DNA of 64,000 bases from Hypanus sabinus (Eukaryota). Where the stretch lies: positions 108,004,001 through 108,068,000 of the forward strand of contig NC_082718.1 in NCBI RefSeq assembly GCF_030144855.1. The letters run 5' to 3'. The notes under the pieces were generated by a model. The model saw only the letters and a list, made by a program, of their open reading frames with translations, was not told the origin of the DNA and did no database searches. Position numbers and translations under genes: made by a program. Below are positions 11,546 through 25,379 of this stretch, one piece after another; position 1 is the first letter of the stretch; the number at the start of each line of letters is the position of its first letter.

Positions 11546-13997
11546 AAATAAAACTGCAGATGCAGAAACATGAAACAAACACAGAAGTGCTAGAAGAACT
11601 CAGTCAGTCAAGCAGCCTCTGTGGAAAGAGAAACCAGTCAACATGTCAGGTTAGGGAGCCTTCCCTGGAACAGAAGTGAGGTAGTAACTATATGGAAATT
11701 AGGGCAAATTAGGTGGCAAGGAGCATGAGGTCTGACTATTAGAGGCATTTTGTGGAAAGAAAGTGCAAAAGGACATAAGCCTAATAACAGTTAACAATGA
11801 GGGAAAACTATTCCTACATTTCTGAGGAAGGTTTTCTTAAATATTTGATTGGTGTCTCTTCCTCAGACTCTGCTTGACTGAGTTTTCAGCAATTTTTAAA
11901 ATTCACCTTTGAATTCATTTTGGATCACTCTCTCATGGATGTCAAGGAATGGGTAATAAAAGACCATTTTAATTACCCATCTCTCAACGTCCATGATGGT
12001 GGTCCTGGGCCACCTTCTTGAAGCACTTTAGTCCTGATGAAAGTGCTTCTGTGGTCCTATCAGGAAGGGAGTTCCAGTAATGACATATTTCCAGATCAGT
12101 ATGGTGAGGCAAACTGGTAAGTGGTGATGTTCCTGAGTAATTGCTGTCCTTACCCTTCACCTCTGCCAAGATAATGGGATTGGGAAGTACAGCTGCAGAA
12201 GCCTGGGTAAGTGCAGTCCATTTAGTAGGCGGTACATTCTGCAACTACAGTGAATAACTGCCAAAAAGAATGAACGATCAAGTTGATCATCAGAGTGGCA
12301 AGCAAATGGACTGTTTCATCCTGAATGAAATTAAGTTGGTTAAGAGCTGTTGGAGCTACACTCAACAGGCAGCTGTTATCCTCCTGACTTATGCAGACAT
12401 TGGGAAGCCTTTGGGATGTCAGGAGGGGAGTCGCTTGCTACAAGATACCCAGACTCTGAGCTGCTTTTGTAGCCTGAGTATTTACTGTACGTAATTGGTT
12501 CATTTGACTTTCTAGATATTGAGTCAGGGACTTGGAGATGGCAATAATCAGACCCTCTGATTGTAAGTAGTTCAACTGTTAAGAGTATTACTGTAATAAT
12601 GTGGATTGACAGTTTATCTTAATGTTCCAATTGGCTAAGCAACAGACCACGCTGCATGTAGATAGAGTTTGCTACTGCAGGAAATGGACAGTTGATGTTT
12701 CAAGTAGAGAATATTCATCTGGATTTTCAACAGACAGTAACTAGATAACAAGTTCAGGCACAGACACAAAGTGATGCTTCCATTTTCTAGCCCAGCAATC
12801 ATGGAGCTAACTTAAATCACAATTCTGGTCATCTAAAAGCTGAAACCTGCAATTATTAGTTTAGAAATTTCCAGAAACAGAGAGAATGTACATTTAATTA
12901 TTTAATGAAAGACAGAAAATAAGGAAAATCAATTTGGGAGCAAATTTGTACTCCAATCTAAACACAAGATTTCACATTATTCAAGGCATTATAGTGACAG
13001 ACAATGTATGATTTCAAAAAGGGTTTAACTTCTTAAAGCTTCTTACCACACTCAGCCACACAGTTGACTTCTCAAGATGCTTCTCCCTCTACTGATCACA
13101 ACTGGCTCTGTGCAGCAGACTTCCAGAAATATGTCCAGCTGGAGCTGGTTATTCTATACTCCATGGATACAGTATGTGTGTTCTGAGGTCTTCAAAACTC
13201 TCACATCTGTCTGACTAAACCTAGGTTACTTAAGAGTTTTTAAAGGATGAAGAGGGTCAGGCAAGGAAATGGAATATCATCCCCTACTCATCCTGAGCAA
13301 CTCCAAAGCAACTGCCTGGGTAGCCCCACATGCCCCCTGCCTGGGTAGTGAAACATCTGTAGGGGGTTCTCAATGACAATAACCCAAAGTGATGGTTTTC
13401 AAAAGTGTTTAAGACATTATGTTTGAAGATATAAGGTGACTGCAGATGCTGGAAGCTGGTGCAACAAACAATCTGCTGGAGGAACTTAGCAGGTCGAGCA
13501 GCATCCGTAGGGGTGGGGGGAGAGGCTGGGGTAATTGTTAATGTTTCAGGTCAAAGCCCCTGCATCAGGAATCGCGAGTGTGGACAAGAAACAAAAGTTC
13601 ATCAGCTGTTGTAAACCAGTGTGAGCAATGTTTTGACCACTGTCTGAGCTGAAATAGTCTCCCCTCAGTCTACACAATTAATCCAGGCCACAAGCAGACT
13701 GCCTCTCCTCTGGCCTCTATCCCCATTCTCCCCACGCCACTCCATACTGACCCCACACTGAGAGTCTCTGACCTGTGTGATTGCACTACCACCTAGTGGG
13801 GGGAAATGGCAACTGCGGAAGCCTGGAAAACTCAGCTGGGAGGGCAACACCAGGACTAAAAGTTCTGCTCTACCTAGTTAGTTACACAGCACATAATGGG
13901 CCTTTCAGCCGACTGGGTCCAAACCAATTGTCAACATGCACTAACTTCATTTTATTCTCCCACGACCCACCAGCTCTCTGCAGATTCCACCTCTCAT

Positions 13998-14562
13998 CTT
14001 ACTTCCTGAGGGGGCTCTGGTCATTCAGAGTCTGCAGTACTATGCTGCAGATGTTCTACGACTCTGCAGTGGCCAGCATTCTGTTCTACACTGTAGTCTG
14101 CTGGGGCAGCAGAGTGAGAGCAGCTGACACCAAGAAGATCGATAAGCTCGCCAGGAAGGCTGGTTCTGTCCTGGGGGTGGAATTAGATTCCCTGGTGGTT
14201 GTGTCTGAGTGGAGGATGCTGCAGAAGCTACAGAGCATTATGGACAATCCCCCTCAACCACTCCATGACATCCTGGACAAACAGAGGAGCACCTTTCGTA
14301 ACAGACTGATTCCACCAAGGTGCACCACTGAACACAACAGGAGATCCTTTCTCCCTGTGGCTACAAGACTCTGCAACTCCTCCTCAAGTATTTAAGTATG
14401 TGGTTTCATTACACATCTGTGTTTTGCACTATTATTTTTAATGCACATTTTGTATTCTTTCGTACCTCAATGCTTACATTTTGTATTTTAAAGTATGCAT
14501 TTCCAACTGAACAACCTTGCAACAATAATTTCCTTCAGGGTAAATAAAGTTTTATCTTATCA
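13998..14562 (+). mobile_element. Rex1/L2-like LINE 3' fragment
   Basis: YFLRGLWSFRVC..LQMFY...SILFYTVVCWG...RRSFLPVA motif; gtaaataaagttttatcttatc tail. Confidence 0.8.
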
Positions 14563-15273
14563 TCTCCATCGTCTTAAGGACATGGGAGGAAGCTGCAATA
14601 ATTAAAGGATACCCCATGTAGCCACAGAGAGAATAACAGCAGCCCTAATGGCAACAGAATGATAGCAGTATTTGGTTCATTGAATCCATTATTAGCTGCT
14701 CTTCCACAAACCTATGCTTGTACCCAAAAAGTTTAGCATTCACATTCAAGCCAAATGTTGTAGTACAGTCTGAAGCTCAGTGCACCCAGATACATGTTTC
14801 TGATCTCCAGTTTGAGTAACTGACTTTGTCCAGATGTTCCTGCAGGACACGTGGGTATTAGTAAGGAACATGGGAACAATCCACTGGAGGAGCTATGAGA
14901 CACTGTGCAACAGGCACCTAGTGTATAATAAGCTGGGATCGAAGTTCCTGCTTTGCCCTATAGGCTGTGAGTTGTGGAGGGTGGGTGTGTGTGAGTGTGG
15001 TCAATGCCAGCAAAAGAAAGAGAAATAAAAACAGCCTGCATCACACAAGAATACAAAATCTAAAGCCAAGGCATCAATGAATTTTGAACCAAAAAAGTAG
15101 AATTAAAGCTTCTCTCTGAATGCCTTCTTGGAAAAGCTCCTTCTCCTGTTGCTGTAGTGATCTTGATAGTGTCCAAGTTTGGAAAGGAAGAGGAAGTTAC
15201 CACCTTTAACTTCATGTACAGTTGCTTGAGCATACCATGTTGCTGGCTGTCTAAAAGTGGACAGTATTCACCT

Positions 15274-15419
15274 TCACCAATGAGCATTCTTTTCCCTTGC
15301 TACTTGATGGAGGAAGTCTGTGTGGCTGGCGTACAGTTTCTGCTTCTCCTCGATATCCATCCACTTTACCGCACCAGCATCGTCCCCAGCTTGAAGGTTG
15401 AGCTTTCCTACACTGTCAC
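15274..15419 (-). CDS. NUDT9: NUDT9-like ADP-ribose pyrophosphatase, last exon 8: (G)DSVGKLNLQAGDDAGAVKWMDIEEKQKLYASHTDFLHQVAREKNAHW*
   Basis: tcttgcttcag| acceptor, phase 1; AGDDAG..KW and LYASH motifs of NUDT9; TGA at 15274-15276. Confidence 0.93.
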
Positions 15420-16068
15420 CTGAAGCAAGACAGAAGCCAAGTAACACTACAAGGTCATTAGGAGTCAACTGCTAGAGGGATGAGACCGACTGTGTGGTCT
15501 GTTACTTTACGTACTAATGTGGAGAAAGTTATTAATCAGACTGCGTGAGTTTGTTCACGTAACTGTATTCAGAGTGGACGTGGTTACTGGAACCATGTTC
15601 AGGGTCAGTCATTTACTGTAAAGAGCAACACACACAAAATGCTGGAGGAATTCAGCAGCTCAGGCAGATCTATAGAGAAGAATAAACAGTTGACATTTTG
15701 AGCCAAGACCCTTCATCAGGACCTTGAGTCCTTGGCCCAAAATATCGGTTATTTCTCTGTAAAAAAAGCAACTCTGATCATTAACAAAAATAATGATCTG
15801 GTCTTAAGTTCACTGCTTTCTCTAGGACTCTATTGTGATCCAATTAGCTATGATATTGCTGAGTTACTAACATTGACTACAACATGACCTGGGAAGTTCT
15901 AATCAAGAGGAAGAAAATTGTAAGTTAAAACCTCCATTCTTTCAGTTGCAACTAAGTCCAGAGGTTGAACCTGATTCCACAAGTAACAGGCAGTCTGAGT
16001 CCTCACAATAAAAAATAACATTTAAATTTACTCCTTGCAGGGACCACAGCCAAATCAGAAATAATTAC

Positions 16069-16153
16069 CTGTCTCATCGTGGAAATTCATGGCGACAGTT
16101 TCCATCCAAGCATTATCAGTGTTTCGAGGATCATCAACATATCCTTTGTACAC
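16069..16153 (-). CDS. NUDT9: NUDT9-like exon 7: [28 protein letters not shown]
   Basis: ccatctccttag| acceptor, G|gtaatt donor, 85 nt; [12 protein letters not shown] hallmark of NUDT9 and NUDT9-H domains. Confidence 0.95.
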
Positions 16154-16649
16154 CTAAGGAGATGGAAATCTCACAGTCAAAGTACGCTTATTGTCTAGGT
16201 ATGTAGTGTATATGTATCCATATACTACCTTAAGATTCATTTTCTTGCAAGAAAATAAAGAAATACAATAGAATACATGAAAAACTACAAATAAATATAG
16301 ACTAACAAACAACAAATGTGCAAAAGATATAAGGCTCCTGTACCTCCTGCCTGATAGCAGCAGCGAGTAGAGAGGGTATCCTAAATGGTTAGATGGCTGC
16401 TGCTTCCTGCAACATGTAGATGTGCTCAATGGTGAGGAGGGTTTTACCTGTGATGGACTGGTCTGTATCCACCACTTCCTCTTGAATTTTGAGAAGTATC
16501 ATTTAAAGGGACATTTAGCTTGGATTCTAGCATCGCTGTCTCACTTGCCCATTGCACTGAGATTAATTAATGAAAGCCTTGGCTACCAGGAAGTAAAGTG
16601 AGGGGTGGATAAACCAGTGAAGAAACAACAGGGAGCAGAGTGAGTGTCT

Positions 16650-19070
16650 ATCAGAATCAGGGATAGCATCACTGGCAGCTGGATTGAAATTTGCTTTGTG
16701 GCAGCAATACAATGCAATATATAGTAATAAAAACTATAAATTACAATACACAAAAAGATAAATTAATTAAGTAGTGCATAATGAGAGGAAAAAATACTGA
16801 AGAGGTGTTCATGGGTTCATAACCCATTCAGAAACTTGATAGTGGAGGCTGGTGGCCTTGAAAGAGCTGGTGAGGTTTGCAGCTTTTTCCAATCCTGTGC
16901 AGTGGCCCCTCCATACCAGGCAGTGATGCAGCCAATTAGAATGTTCTCCATGGTTACATCTGTAGAAACCTGCCAGTGTCTTTGGTGACGTGCCAATTCT
17001 CCTGAAACTCCTAATGAAATATAGCCACTGTCATGCCTTCTTTGCAATTGCATCAATACGTTGGGCCCAGGATTGGGCCTCAGAGATGTTGACACACAGG
17101 AATTTGATCCTGCTCTCCCTTTCCGCTTCTGATCCTTGATGAGGATAGTGCATATTCCTTCAACTTTCCCTTCTCTATGTCCACAATCAGTTCTTTGGTC
17201 TTACTGATGTTGAGTGCAAGGTCGTTGCTGTGAAACCACTCAACCAGCTGATCTATCTTGCTCCTGTATGCCTCCTTGTTATCATCTGAAATTCTACAGG
17301 CAATGGTTGTATTGTCAGCAAATTTATAGATGACATTTGGGCTGTGCCTAGCCGCACAGTCGTGGGAGTAGACCAGTGTACTAAGCATGCATCTTTGAGG
17401 TGTGCCAGTGTTGACTGAGGATAGTTATTTCCAATCCGCACAGACTGTGGTGTCACAGTGAAGGAGTCAAGGATCCAGATGCAGAGGGAGGTACAGAGGC
17501 CTAAATTTTGGAGATTTTTGGTTAGAACTCAGTGTTGAACGCTGAACTGTAGTCTATAAACAGCAGTGTGACATATGTATTACTATTGTCCTGGTGATCC
17601 TAGGCCGAGTGGAGAGTCAGTAAGATTTAATTTGTAGTAGATAAGCAAATTGCAGTGGGTCCAGGTACTTGCTTAGGCCGGAGTTGATTCTAGCCATGGC
17701 TAACCTCTCAAAGCGCTTCATCACAGTAGATGTAAATGCCACTGGGTGATCAGGAGACAGGACCAGAATCAGAATTAGTAATACTAGTATCTGTTGTAAA
17801 ATTTGTTGTTCTGTGACAGCAGTACATTGCACTACATAATAATAACTATAAATTGCAGTATAATGTGTATCATAGTTACATTAAATAAGTAGTTTCAAAA
17901 AAAGTATTAAGTTAATTTCATGGGTTCAATGTCCATTCAGAAATCCGATGGCAGAGGGGAAGAAGCTGTTCCTAAAACATTGAGTTGTGCCTCCTCCCTG
18001 ATGGTAGCAGTGAGAAGAGGGCATATCCGGTGTGTTGGGGGGTTCCTTAATGATGGGTGCCACCTTCTTATGGCATCGCTCCTTGAAGATGTCCTGGATG
18101 CTGAGCAATAGTTGTTGAGACAGACCTCCCTGCTCTCCTTGGGCACTATTATGACTGTTGCCATTTTGAAGCAGTGGGAACCTCCGACAGCACCAATGAG
18201 AGACTGAAGATGTCCGGGAACACTCCCACCAGTTGGTTGGCACAGGTTCACAGAGGCCTGCCAGGTACCCCATCGGGGCCTGATGCCTTGCGAGGGTTCA
18301 CCCTCTTGAAATATGTTGTGACATCAGCCTCCAAGACACAGGTCACAGATTCACCGGATGCGGCAGGTATTTGAATAGATGTAGTTTTACTCTCCCTTTC
18401 AAAGTGAGCATAAAGGGCATTGAGTTCATCTGGGAATGAAGTATCTCTGCTATTCATGATGTTATGTTTTGCTTTGTTGGAAGAAATGGCCTGTAGACCC
18501 TGCCAGAGCTGACATGCACTGGATTCTGTCTCTAACCTAATTGGAATTGTTTTGTCATTTTAAAATAGCCTCCCATAGATCATACATGAACTTCTTGATC
18601 ACTTGAATACCACAGATGTAACCCACAGCAGACTACAAGTGTCCTGGTTCATCCATAGCTTTTCATTTGGATCTCCCCTCAAGGGCCCACACTCACCCAC
18701 ACAGGTTTTGATGAAGTCAGTGACAACTGGTGGTGTACTCATCCAGACTTGAAGATGAATCTGTGAATATTGTCCAGTCTACCAGCTCAAAGCAATCCTG
18801 TAAATGCTCCTCCAACTCCCTTCACCATACCTTCTTGGTCTTCACCTCTGGTGCTGCGGTCTTTAATCTCTGCCTATGTGTTGGGAGTAGAGGTGATGGG
18901 ACTTTCCAAAGTGTGAACGTGGGATGATACGCTAAGCGTTCATGATGATGTGTTGGCTCCTCAGGTGATATGCTGGTGGTGGTTGTTCACGCTGGCCTGG
19001 CTGAAATCTCCCACAATGACAGGGAAGGCATCAGGATGCACTTATTTCTGTTTGCTGATAGCATTGCCTA
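16650..19070 (-). mobile_element. Composite decayed Rex1/Babar-like LINE (RT and upstream region, with nested 3' fragments)
   Basis: ORF fragments YKFADNTTI, LNISKTKELIVD, PVAFTSTVMKRFERL, DPLQFAY, NPRKASGPDGVPGR, DELNALYAHFE. Confidence 0.85.
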
Positions 19071-20166
19071 TCACTTGCGAGCTTGGACTCCTGGGTTGTT
19101 CCCTCTTCTTCCCCAGTTCTGATGAAGGGTCTTGTCCCAAAACTTTGATTGTTCATTCCTCTCCACAGATGTTACCTGACCTGCTGAGTTCCTCCAGCAT
19201 CTTGTGTGTGTTGCTCTGGGTTTCCAGCATCTGCACAAGAAGGGGGAACAATCTAAGAGTACAAGCTGGCAAGTGTCAGGTGAAGTCAATGAAGAGGAAG
19301 ATGGATGGGTGTTGGAGGGGGATGAAGTGAGAAGCTGTGAGTTGATAGGTGAAGAAGGAATCTAATAGAAGAATAGAATGCATCATAGGAGAAAGGGAAG
19401 GAGGAGGGGCACGAGAGGGAGGTGATGGGCAGATGAGAAGAGAAGGGGTAAGAGAGGAGCCAGAATGGGGAATGGAGAACGTGAAACTCTTTAATAAACC
19501 AGGTTCTCCAGGCAGGGCTCTCCACTATGTTAGAGAATAATTGATGCAGATTAATCACTGCAATTAATCAATGACCATATATCATTGTATTGCATGACCA
19601 GCAGATGGGTTTCATGTAACGTTCCCTATGTTTGTATGTATTATCAAGGAGAGCAATGGTAGGTTTACCACCCTTACACACTGTGTAAGCTGACTGGAAG
19701 GTTGCTTCCTGATAGGGGTTCAGTGTAACATGCTTCAGTTGGTCTCCAGTTGGTCTCCAGCCCATCTCAAGAACCTGCTGACATTTAACATACAGATTCA
19801 GCTTGGAAAAGGTATGGAAGCTGGCAGGAACACATTGGAGCTGTACCCTTGCAAGAATCAACCACACTGGTCCAGATTTAACAATTTCCTCTAACCTTCC
19901 CCAATATTGTAGTTCAAACTTTCCAATAGACCAAACATTGGCCACTGGAGCAAGCCAAGCAGCATCTGTGGAGGGAAATGGACAGCTTAGATTTTGTGTC
20001 AAGACCTTCCAACTAAACTCAACTGTCTACTATAACAGGGCCGATAAAATTCCCAAACATCCATAGAGAATGCAACTTTATAAGCGTGCTCTCAATAGAA
20101 TGAGAGCATTATAGACTTCCCATCTGTTTACCTTCCATGTGTTAGATCAGAGACTATAACACTAAC

Positions 20167-20310
20167 CAACTCTCCAGCTTGAAACAGGGAGTTAATTAAT
20201 TCTTTCACTTTCTGCTTCTCGGCTTCTGATAGATTTAAGGAGTCCAACGTTTCCTCTCCAAACTCTCGTCTGAGTGTAGCTGACACCTTCTCGCCAGGGT
20301 CCACCATTCC
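20167..20310 (-). CDS. NUDT9: NUDT9-like exon 6 (Nudix box): [48 protein letters not shown]
   Basis: gtctcctgacag| acceptor, TTG|gttagt donor, 144 nt; Nudix signature G..E...REFGEE intact. Confidence 0.95.
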
Positions 20311-20812
20311 CTGTCAGGAGACAAAATGCAATTCAGCCTCAGAAAGGGTCTATAGTTTTCACTCCTGTCCTAATCAGTTATTAATCCAACTACTGAAGAT
20401 ACTAATTCACCCTGCATAAACAGTCTCCAGACAGGCTAACTGAAGCCAGTGTTTCTGAAATAGCAATCTTAGATTCAGCATTACGTTCAAAGCAGTTTAA
20501 AATGTTCTCTTCCCTAAGATTATACCTGAAAATGATCATTGCTAAGTCTAACAATGGGTGAGATTCTTAGCACAACACCAGCTTGTGCTGAGGGCTCCCA
20601 TTTTTCAGGGAATTGGCTGGGGCTTCCTGAGCCACTGAGGCTATTTGCCAGAAGCATAAGAGACTTTTATTTCTGTTGTGTGAGCTACAGACAAAACCAA
20701 GTGACAGAGATTTTTTAAAAAAACACATGATTGCCCTTTCACAGAACAGTGCTGTAGGTTTGAGGCAATATTTCTTCCATATTTGCTGAGTCATGCAGAG
20801 AGTTGGACCAGC

Positions 20813-23800
20813 ATGGAGTGTTTGCCAGTGCTGCTCAGGGAGGTTTAAACTAGATGTGCAGGGGGCAGGGATCCAGATCCAGAGGGTTGGTCAGAAGGAG
20901 CATGGGGTTAAATGTGTAGAAGGTTTGGGTGATCTTGAGAAGGTCATCAAAATTCAGGGTGCAATTAGCCCGATGGAAGTTCAAGGAGCTGGGTTAGGTA
21001 CAGTAGACAGTGTTTTAAGCAAAGAGAGGAGGAATGGGCTAAGAATTCTGTACTTGAATGCGCATAGTGTCAGAAATAAGACAGATGAGCTTGAAGCTCA
21101 GATGAAAATGGGGAACTACGATATTGTTGGGATAACGGAGACATGGCTGCAAGGGGATCAGGCCTAGGAATTGAGTGTACCAGGGTATACGTGCTATCGT
21201 AGAGACAGAAATATGGGAAGAGGGGGTGGGGTGGCCCTGTTGGTGAGGAATGAGATTCAGTCCTTAGCAAGAGGTGACTTGGGAACGGGGGAAGTAGAGT
21301 CTGTGTGGATTGAGCTGAGAAACAGTAAGGGTAAAAAGACCCTAATGGGTGTTGTGTACAGGCCCCCAAACAGTAGCGTGGATATTGGGTACAAGTTGAT
21401 TAGGGAGTTAACATCGGCATGTGCTAAAGGTAATGCAGTCGTTATGGGAGATTTCAACATGCAGGTGAACTGGGAGAATCAAGTAGGTGCTGGACCCCAG
21501 AACAGGGAGTTTGTGGAGTGTCTAAGGGATGTATTTTTGGAACAGCTTGTGCTTGAGCCAACCAGGAACGAGGCTATTTTGGACTTGGTGATGTGTAATG
21601 AACAGGAATTGATAAGTGATCTTGAAGTAAAGGAACCATTAGGAAGTAGTGATCATAACATGATAAGTTTTTATCTACAATTTGAGAGGGATAAGGGCAG
21701 ATCAGAGGTGTTAGTGTTGCAATTAAATAATTACGGAGCCATGAGGGAAGAGCTGGCCAAAGTTAAATGGGCGGATGCCCTGGCAGGAAAGACAGTGGAT
21801 CAGCAGTGGCAGATATTGTTGGGCATAATACAAAAGATGCAAAAGCAGTTCATTCCAATGAGAAGGAAGGATTCAAAGAGGGGGAAGGGGCCACAGTGGT
21901 TGACAAAGGAAGTCAGAGATTGTATAGCATTAAAGAAAAAGAAGTATGACAGGGCTAAGATGAGTGGGAATACAGATGATTGGGAAAGTTTTAAGGAACA
22001 GCAGATCTTAACTAAAAAAGCAATACGGAGAGAAAAAATCAGGTATGAGCTCAGTCTAGCCAGGAATATAAAAGGGGATAGCAAAAGCTTTTTTAGCTAT
22101 GTGAAGAGAAAGAAGATAGTTAAGAACAATGTTGGCCCCTTGAAGAATGAATTGGGAGAAATTGTTAAGGGTAACAGGGAAATGGCAACAGAATTTAATG
22201 CGTACTTTAGATCTGTCTTCACCAGGGAGGATACAAGCAATCTCCCAGATGTATGGATGGGCCAGAGTCATAAGATATCAGAGGAATTGAAACAGATTGA
22301 CATTAGGAAAGAAACCGTGATGAGTAGACTGATAGGACTGAAGGCTAATAAATCCCTGGGTCCAGATGGTCTGCATCCGAGGGTTCTAAAAGAAGTGGCT
22401 CAGGAAATTGCGGATGCATTGGTAATCATTTTCCAATGTTCCTTAGTTTCAGGATCAGTTCCTGAAGATTGGAGAGTGACTAATGTTATCCCACTTTTCA
22501 AGAAGGGAGGGAAGGAGAAATCAGAGAACTATCGCCCTGTTAGCCTAACGTCAGTCGTGGGGAAGATGCTTGAGTCCATTATTAAGGACGAAATATTGGC
22601 ATATCTTGATGGCAGTAATAGGATTAGGCCGAGCCAGCATGGATTTACCAAGGGCAAATCATGCTTGATTAATCTGTTGGAGTTTTTTGAGGGTGTAACA
22701 AGGATGTTAGACGAGGGTAAGCCAGTGGATGTAGTGTACCTAGATTTTCAGAAGGCATTCGATAAGGTGCCACATAGGAGATTGGTGAGTAAAATCAGAG
22801 CTCATGGCATTGGGGGCAGGGTTTCAACATGGATAGAAAACTGGTTGGCAGATAGAAAGCAAAGGGTAGCAGTGAATGGGTGTTTCTCGGACTGGCTGGA
22901 GGTGACTAGTGGGGTACCACAGGGCTCTGTATTGGGACCACAGCTCTTTACGATTTATGTCAACGATTTAGATGAGGGCATTGAAAACTATATCAGCAAG
23001 TTTGCTGACGATACTAAACTGGGTGGCAGTGTGACATGCAAAGAGGACGTTAGGAGAATACAGGGAGACTTGGATGGGCTGGGTGAGTGGGCAGATACTT
23101 GGCAGATGTCATTCAATGTGAATAAATGTGAAGTTATCCACTTTGGAAGCAGGAACAAGAGGGCAGAGTATTGTCTGAACGGTGTAGAGTTAGGTAAGGG
23201 AGAAATGCAAAGAGACCTAGGAGTCCTAGTTCACCAGTCAATGAAGGTGAATGAGCAAGTGCAACAGGCAGTGAAGAGGGCAAATGGAATGTTGGCCTTT
23301 GTTACAAGGGGAATTGAGAACAAGAGCAAGGATGTCCTTTTGCATTTGTACAGGGCTCTGGTGAGACCACACCTGGAATATTGTGTACAGTTTTGGTCTC
23401 CAGGTTTAAGGAAGGACATTCTGGTAATTGAGGAAGTGCAGTGTAGATTCACTAGGTTGATTCCTGGGATGGCAGGGCTGTCTTACGCAGAGAGATTGGG
23501 CTTGTACACGCTGGAATTGAGGAGATTGAGAGGGGATCTGATTGAGAGGGGATCTGATTGAAACATTTAAGATAATTAAAGGATATGATAGGATTGAGGC
23601 AGGAAATATGTTCCAGATGTTGGGAGAGTCCAGTACCAGAGGGGATGGATTGAGAATAAGAGGTCAGTTATTTAAAACAGAGTTGAGGAAGAGCTTCTTC
23701 TCCCAGAGAGTTGTGGAGGTGTGGAATGCACTGCCTCGGAAGACAGTGGAGGCCAATTCTCTGGACGCTTTCAAGAAGGAGCTAGATAGATATCTGATGG

Positions 23801-23936
23801 ATAGGGGAATCAAGGGATATGGGGACAAGGCAGGGACTGGGTATTGATAGTGAATGATCAGCCATGATCTCAGAATGGCGGTGCAGACTCGAGGGGCCGA
23901 ATGGTCTACTTCTGCACCTATTGTCTATTGTCTATT
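20813..23936 (+). mobile_element. 5'-truncated CR1 LINE with near-complete ORF2 (APE endonuclease plus reverse transcriptase)
   Basis: YLNAHS, GITETWL, VYRPP, GDFN, SDH (APE); YRPVSLTS, LDFQKAFDKVPH, GVPQGSVLGP, KFADDTKL (RT); premature TAG at 21165-21167; 16-bp duplication frameshift near 23525-23556; (TATTGTC)n tail. Confidence 0.97.
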
Positions 23937-24180
23937 GGTAGTGTGACAGTTAGCGCACACTATTACAGTGCCAGTGACCTGGGCTCAATTCCCAGCTCTG
24001 TCTGTAAAGAGCCTGTACATTCGCTCTGTCACCATGTGGGTTTTCTCCGGCTTCCTGCCATATCCCAAAGATGGGTTAGAAGGTTAATTGGTCACCCAAG
24101 TGTAAATGGGCACTGTGAGCTCATTGGGCCAGAGGGGCTTGTTACCGTGTTGTATCTCTGAATACAATGAATAAATAAAA
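23937..24180 (+). mobile_element. V-SINE-like element whose 5' end is interrupted by the CR1
   Basis: A/B-box-like ggtagtgtgacagttagc...gggctcaattcc; tgggttttctccgg core; aataaataaa tail. Confidence 0.7.
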
Positions 24181-24284
24181 TGTCTTTTTTGAACAACAGT
24201 AAAGGAAAATTTAAAAGGCATGTAATTTTAGGACAATTGTTCACTGATCACTGACACTGGTATTTTATAGCAATGTTCTTGGGG

Positions 24285-24780
24285 TGTATGGGGTGTCTAG
24301 GAAAGGGTTGAGCCTTTGTGAAGGGGCTTGTCGTGTCCACTCTGGGGCAGCTCACTCATCTTTAGTCCCCACTAGACACTCAGCTCTCATTTGTGGCTTC
24401 AAGTTGCTGTTTGTTTGCTACTGCAGCCACACCACTTTGGTAGACCACTTTGACAGGCAGGTTAAACTAATTAAAAAGTTAGCCGACAGGCCTCATACCC
24501 CAGTGAAAAAGGGACACGCCTGTCCTAGCTTGCAAAGTCAGCTCCAGCAGACTGGGTGGATTAGATCAACAGTGGAATCCAACGGCCAGGAGGGTTGTTC
24601 TGCAATTCTCCATGGAGAGCGAAGGGCATAATAAGGCACAGAAGTAGTCTTGGCCATCCACAGCAACCAAGGAAGGCCCCAGTTGTGTTAATTACTTGTG
24701 CCACTGGACCCAGACTTCCGAAAGAGTGGAACTATCCCAGTGCAATGGCTTTCCCTCTTTCAAGACTTTCCCGCACAGGT
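24285..24780 (+). repeat. Dispersed repeat of unresolved class (other copies at about 48515-48985 + and 57085-57290 -)
   Basis: Shared blocks gcttgtcgtg, cagctctca, gacaggc..taaa, ccccagtga, gatccaa, ccactggacccagacttc, gagtggaact, cccagtgcaatggcttt. Confidence 0.65.
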
Positions 24781-25379
24781 TTCTTTGTGCAATTCACTTG
24801 AGACATCTAATCGTCATCCTCGAATATGAAAGACAACCAATTAATCATTTTAGGACGTGGTTGGTATGAAGTTAATAACTCCATCATCATTGTACCAGGA
24901 TGCAGGAAGGTGAAGAAGATGGGTCCTTGCCTGTGCCAACATCCCCCTCCACCTCCCTTGGGCAAGTCCCCAGGATCAGTGGTTGATTTGCACAATGGAT
25001 GGTGTGAGGGGGAAATGAAAATATCTCAAGCACAGATCCTCAAAGTAATTAACATAAATAACTAAATGCTGGAAGGATAATTCCAAGGCAGTGAAATCCT
25101 ATGGTGTTGTAGAATCATGTCCTGGTAAGGTTTGGTGGCTCTGTGAACAAATGCAGCAACCAGGCAAAGGACTAAACTCTATTCCTTGGTCTGCGCTGCG
25201 TCAGCTATGACGACATCAGAGATGCTGCAGTTGTGCTTGGGTGCTCCTGACCCTGAGTCTGAGCAGGGCAGGGTTCCAGCTCCTTTCACAGAAGCAAGTG
25301 TGGGACTGCAGAGACTCCATTCATATGGCACTGTCAGACAACTGCCGATTCCCACCAAGTACCATCAGGGTGCTACGAT

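Noticed and set aside
21171-23561. 796-aa ORF as a host gene
   Set aside because: It is CR1 ORF2 with a premature stop, a frameshift and a LINE 3' tail
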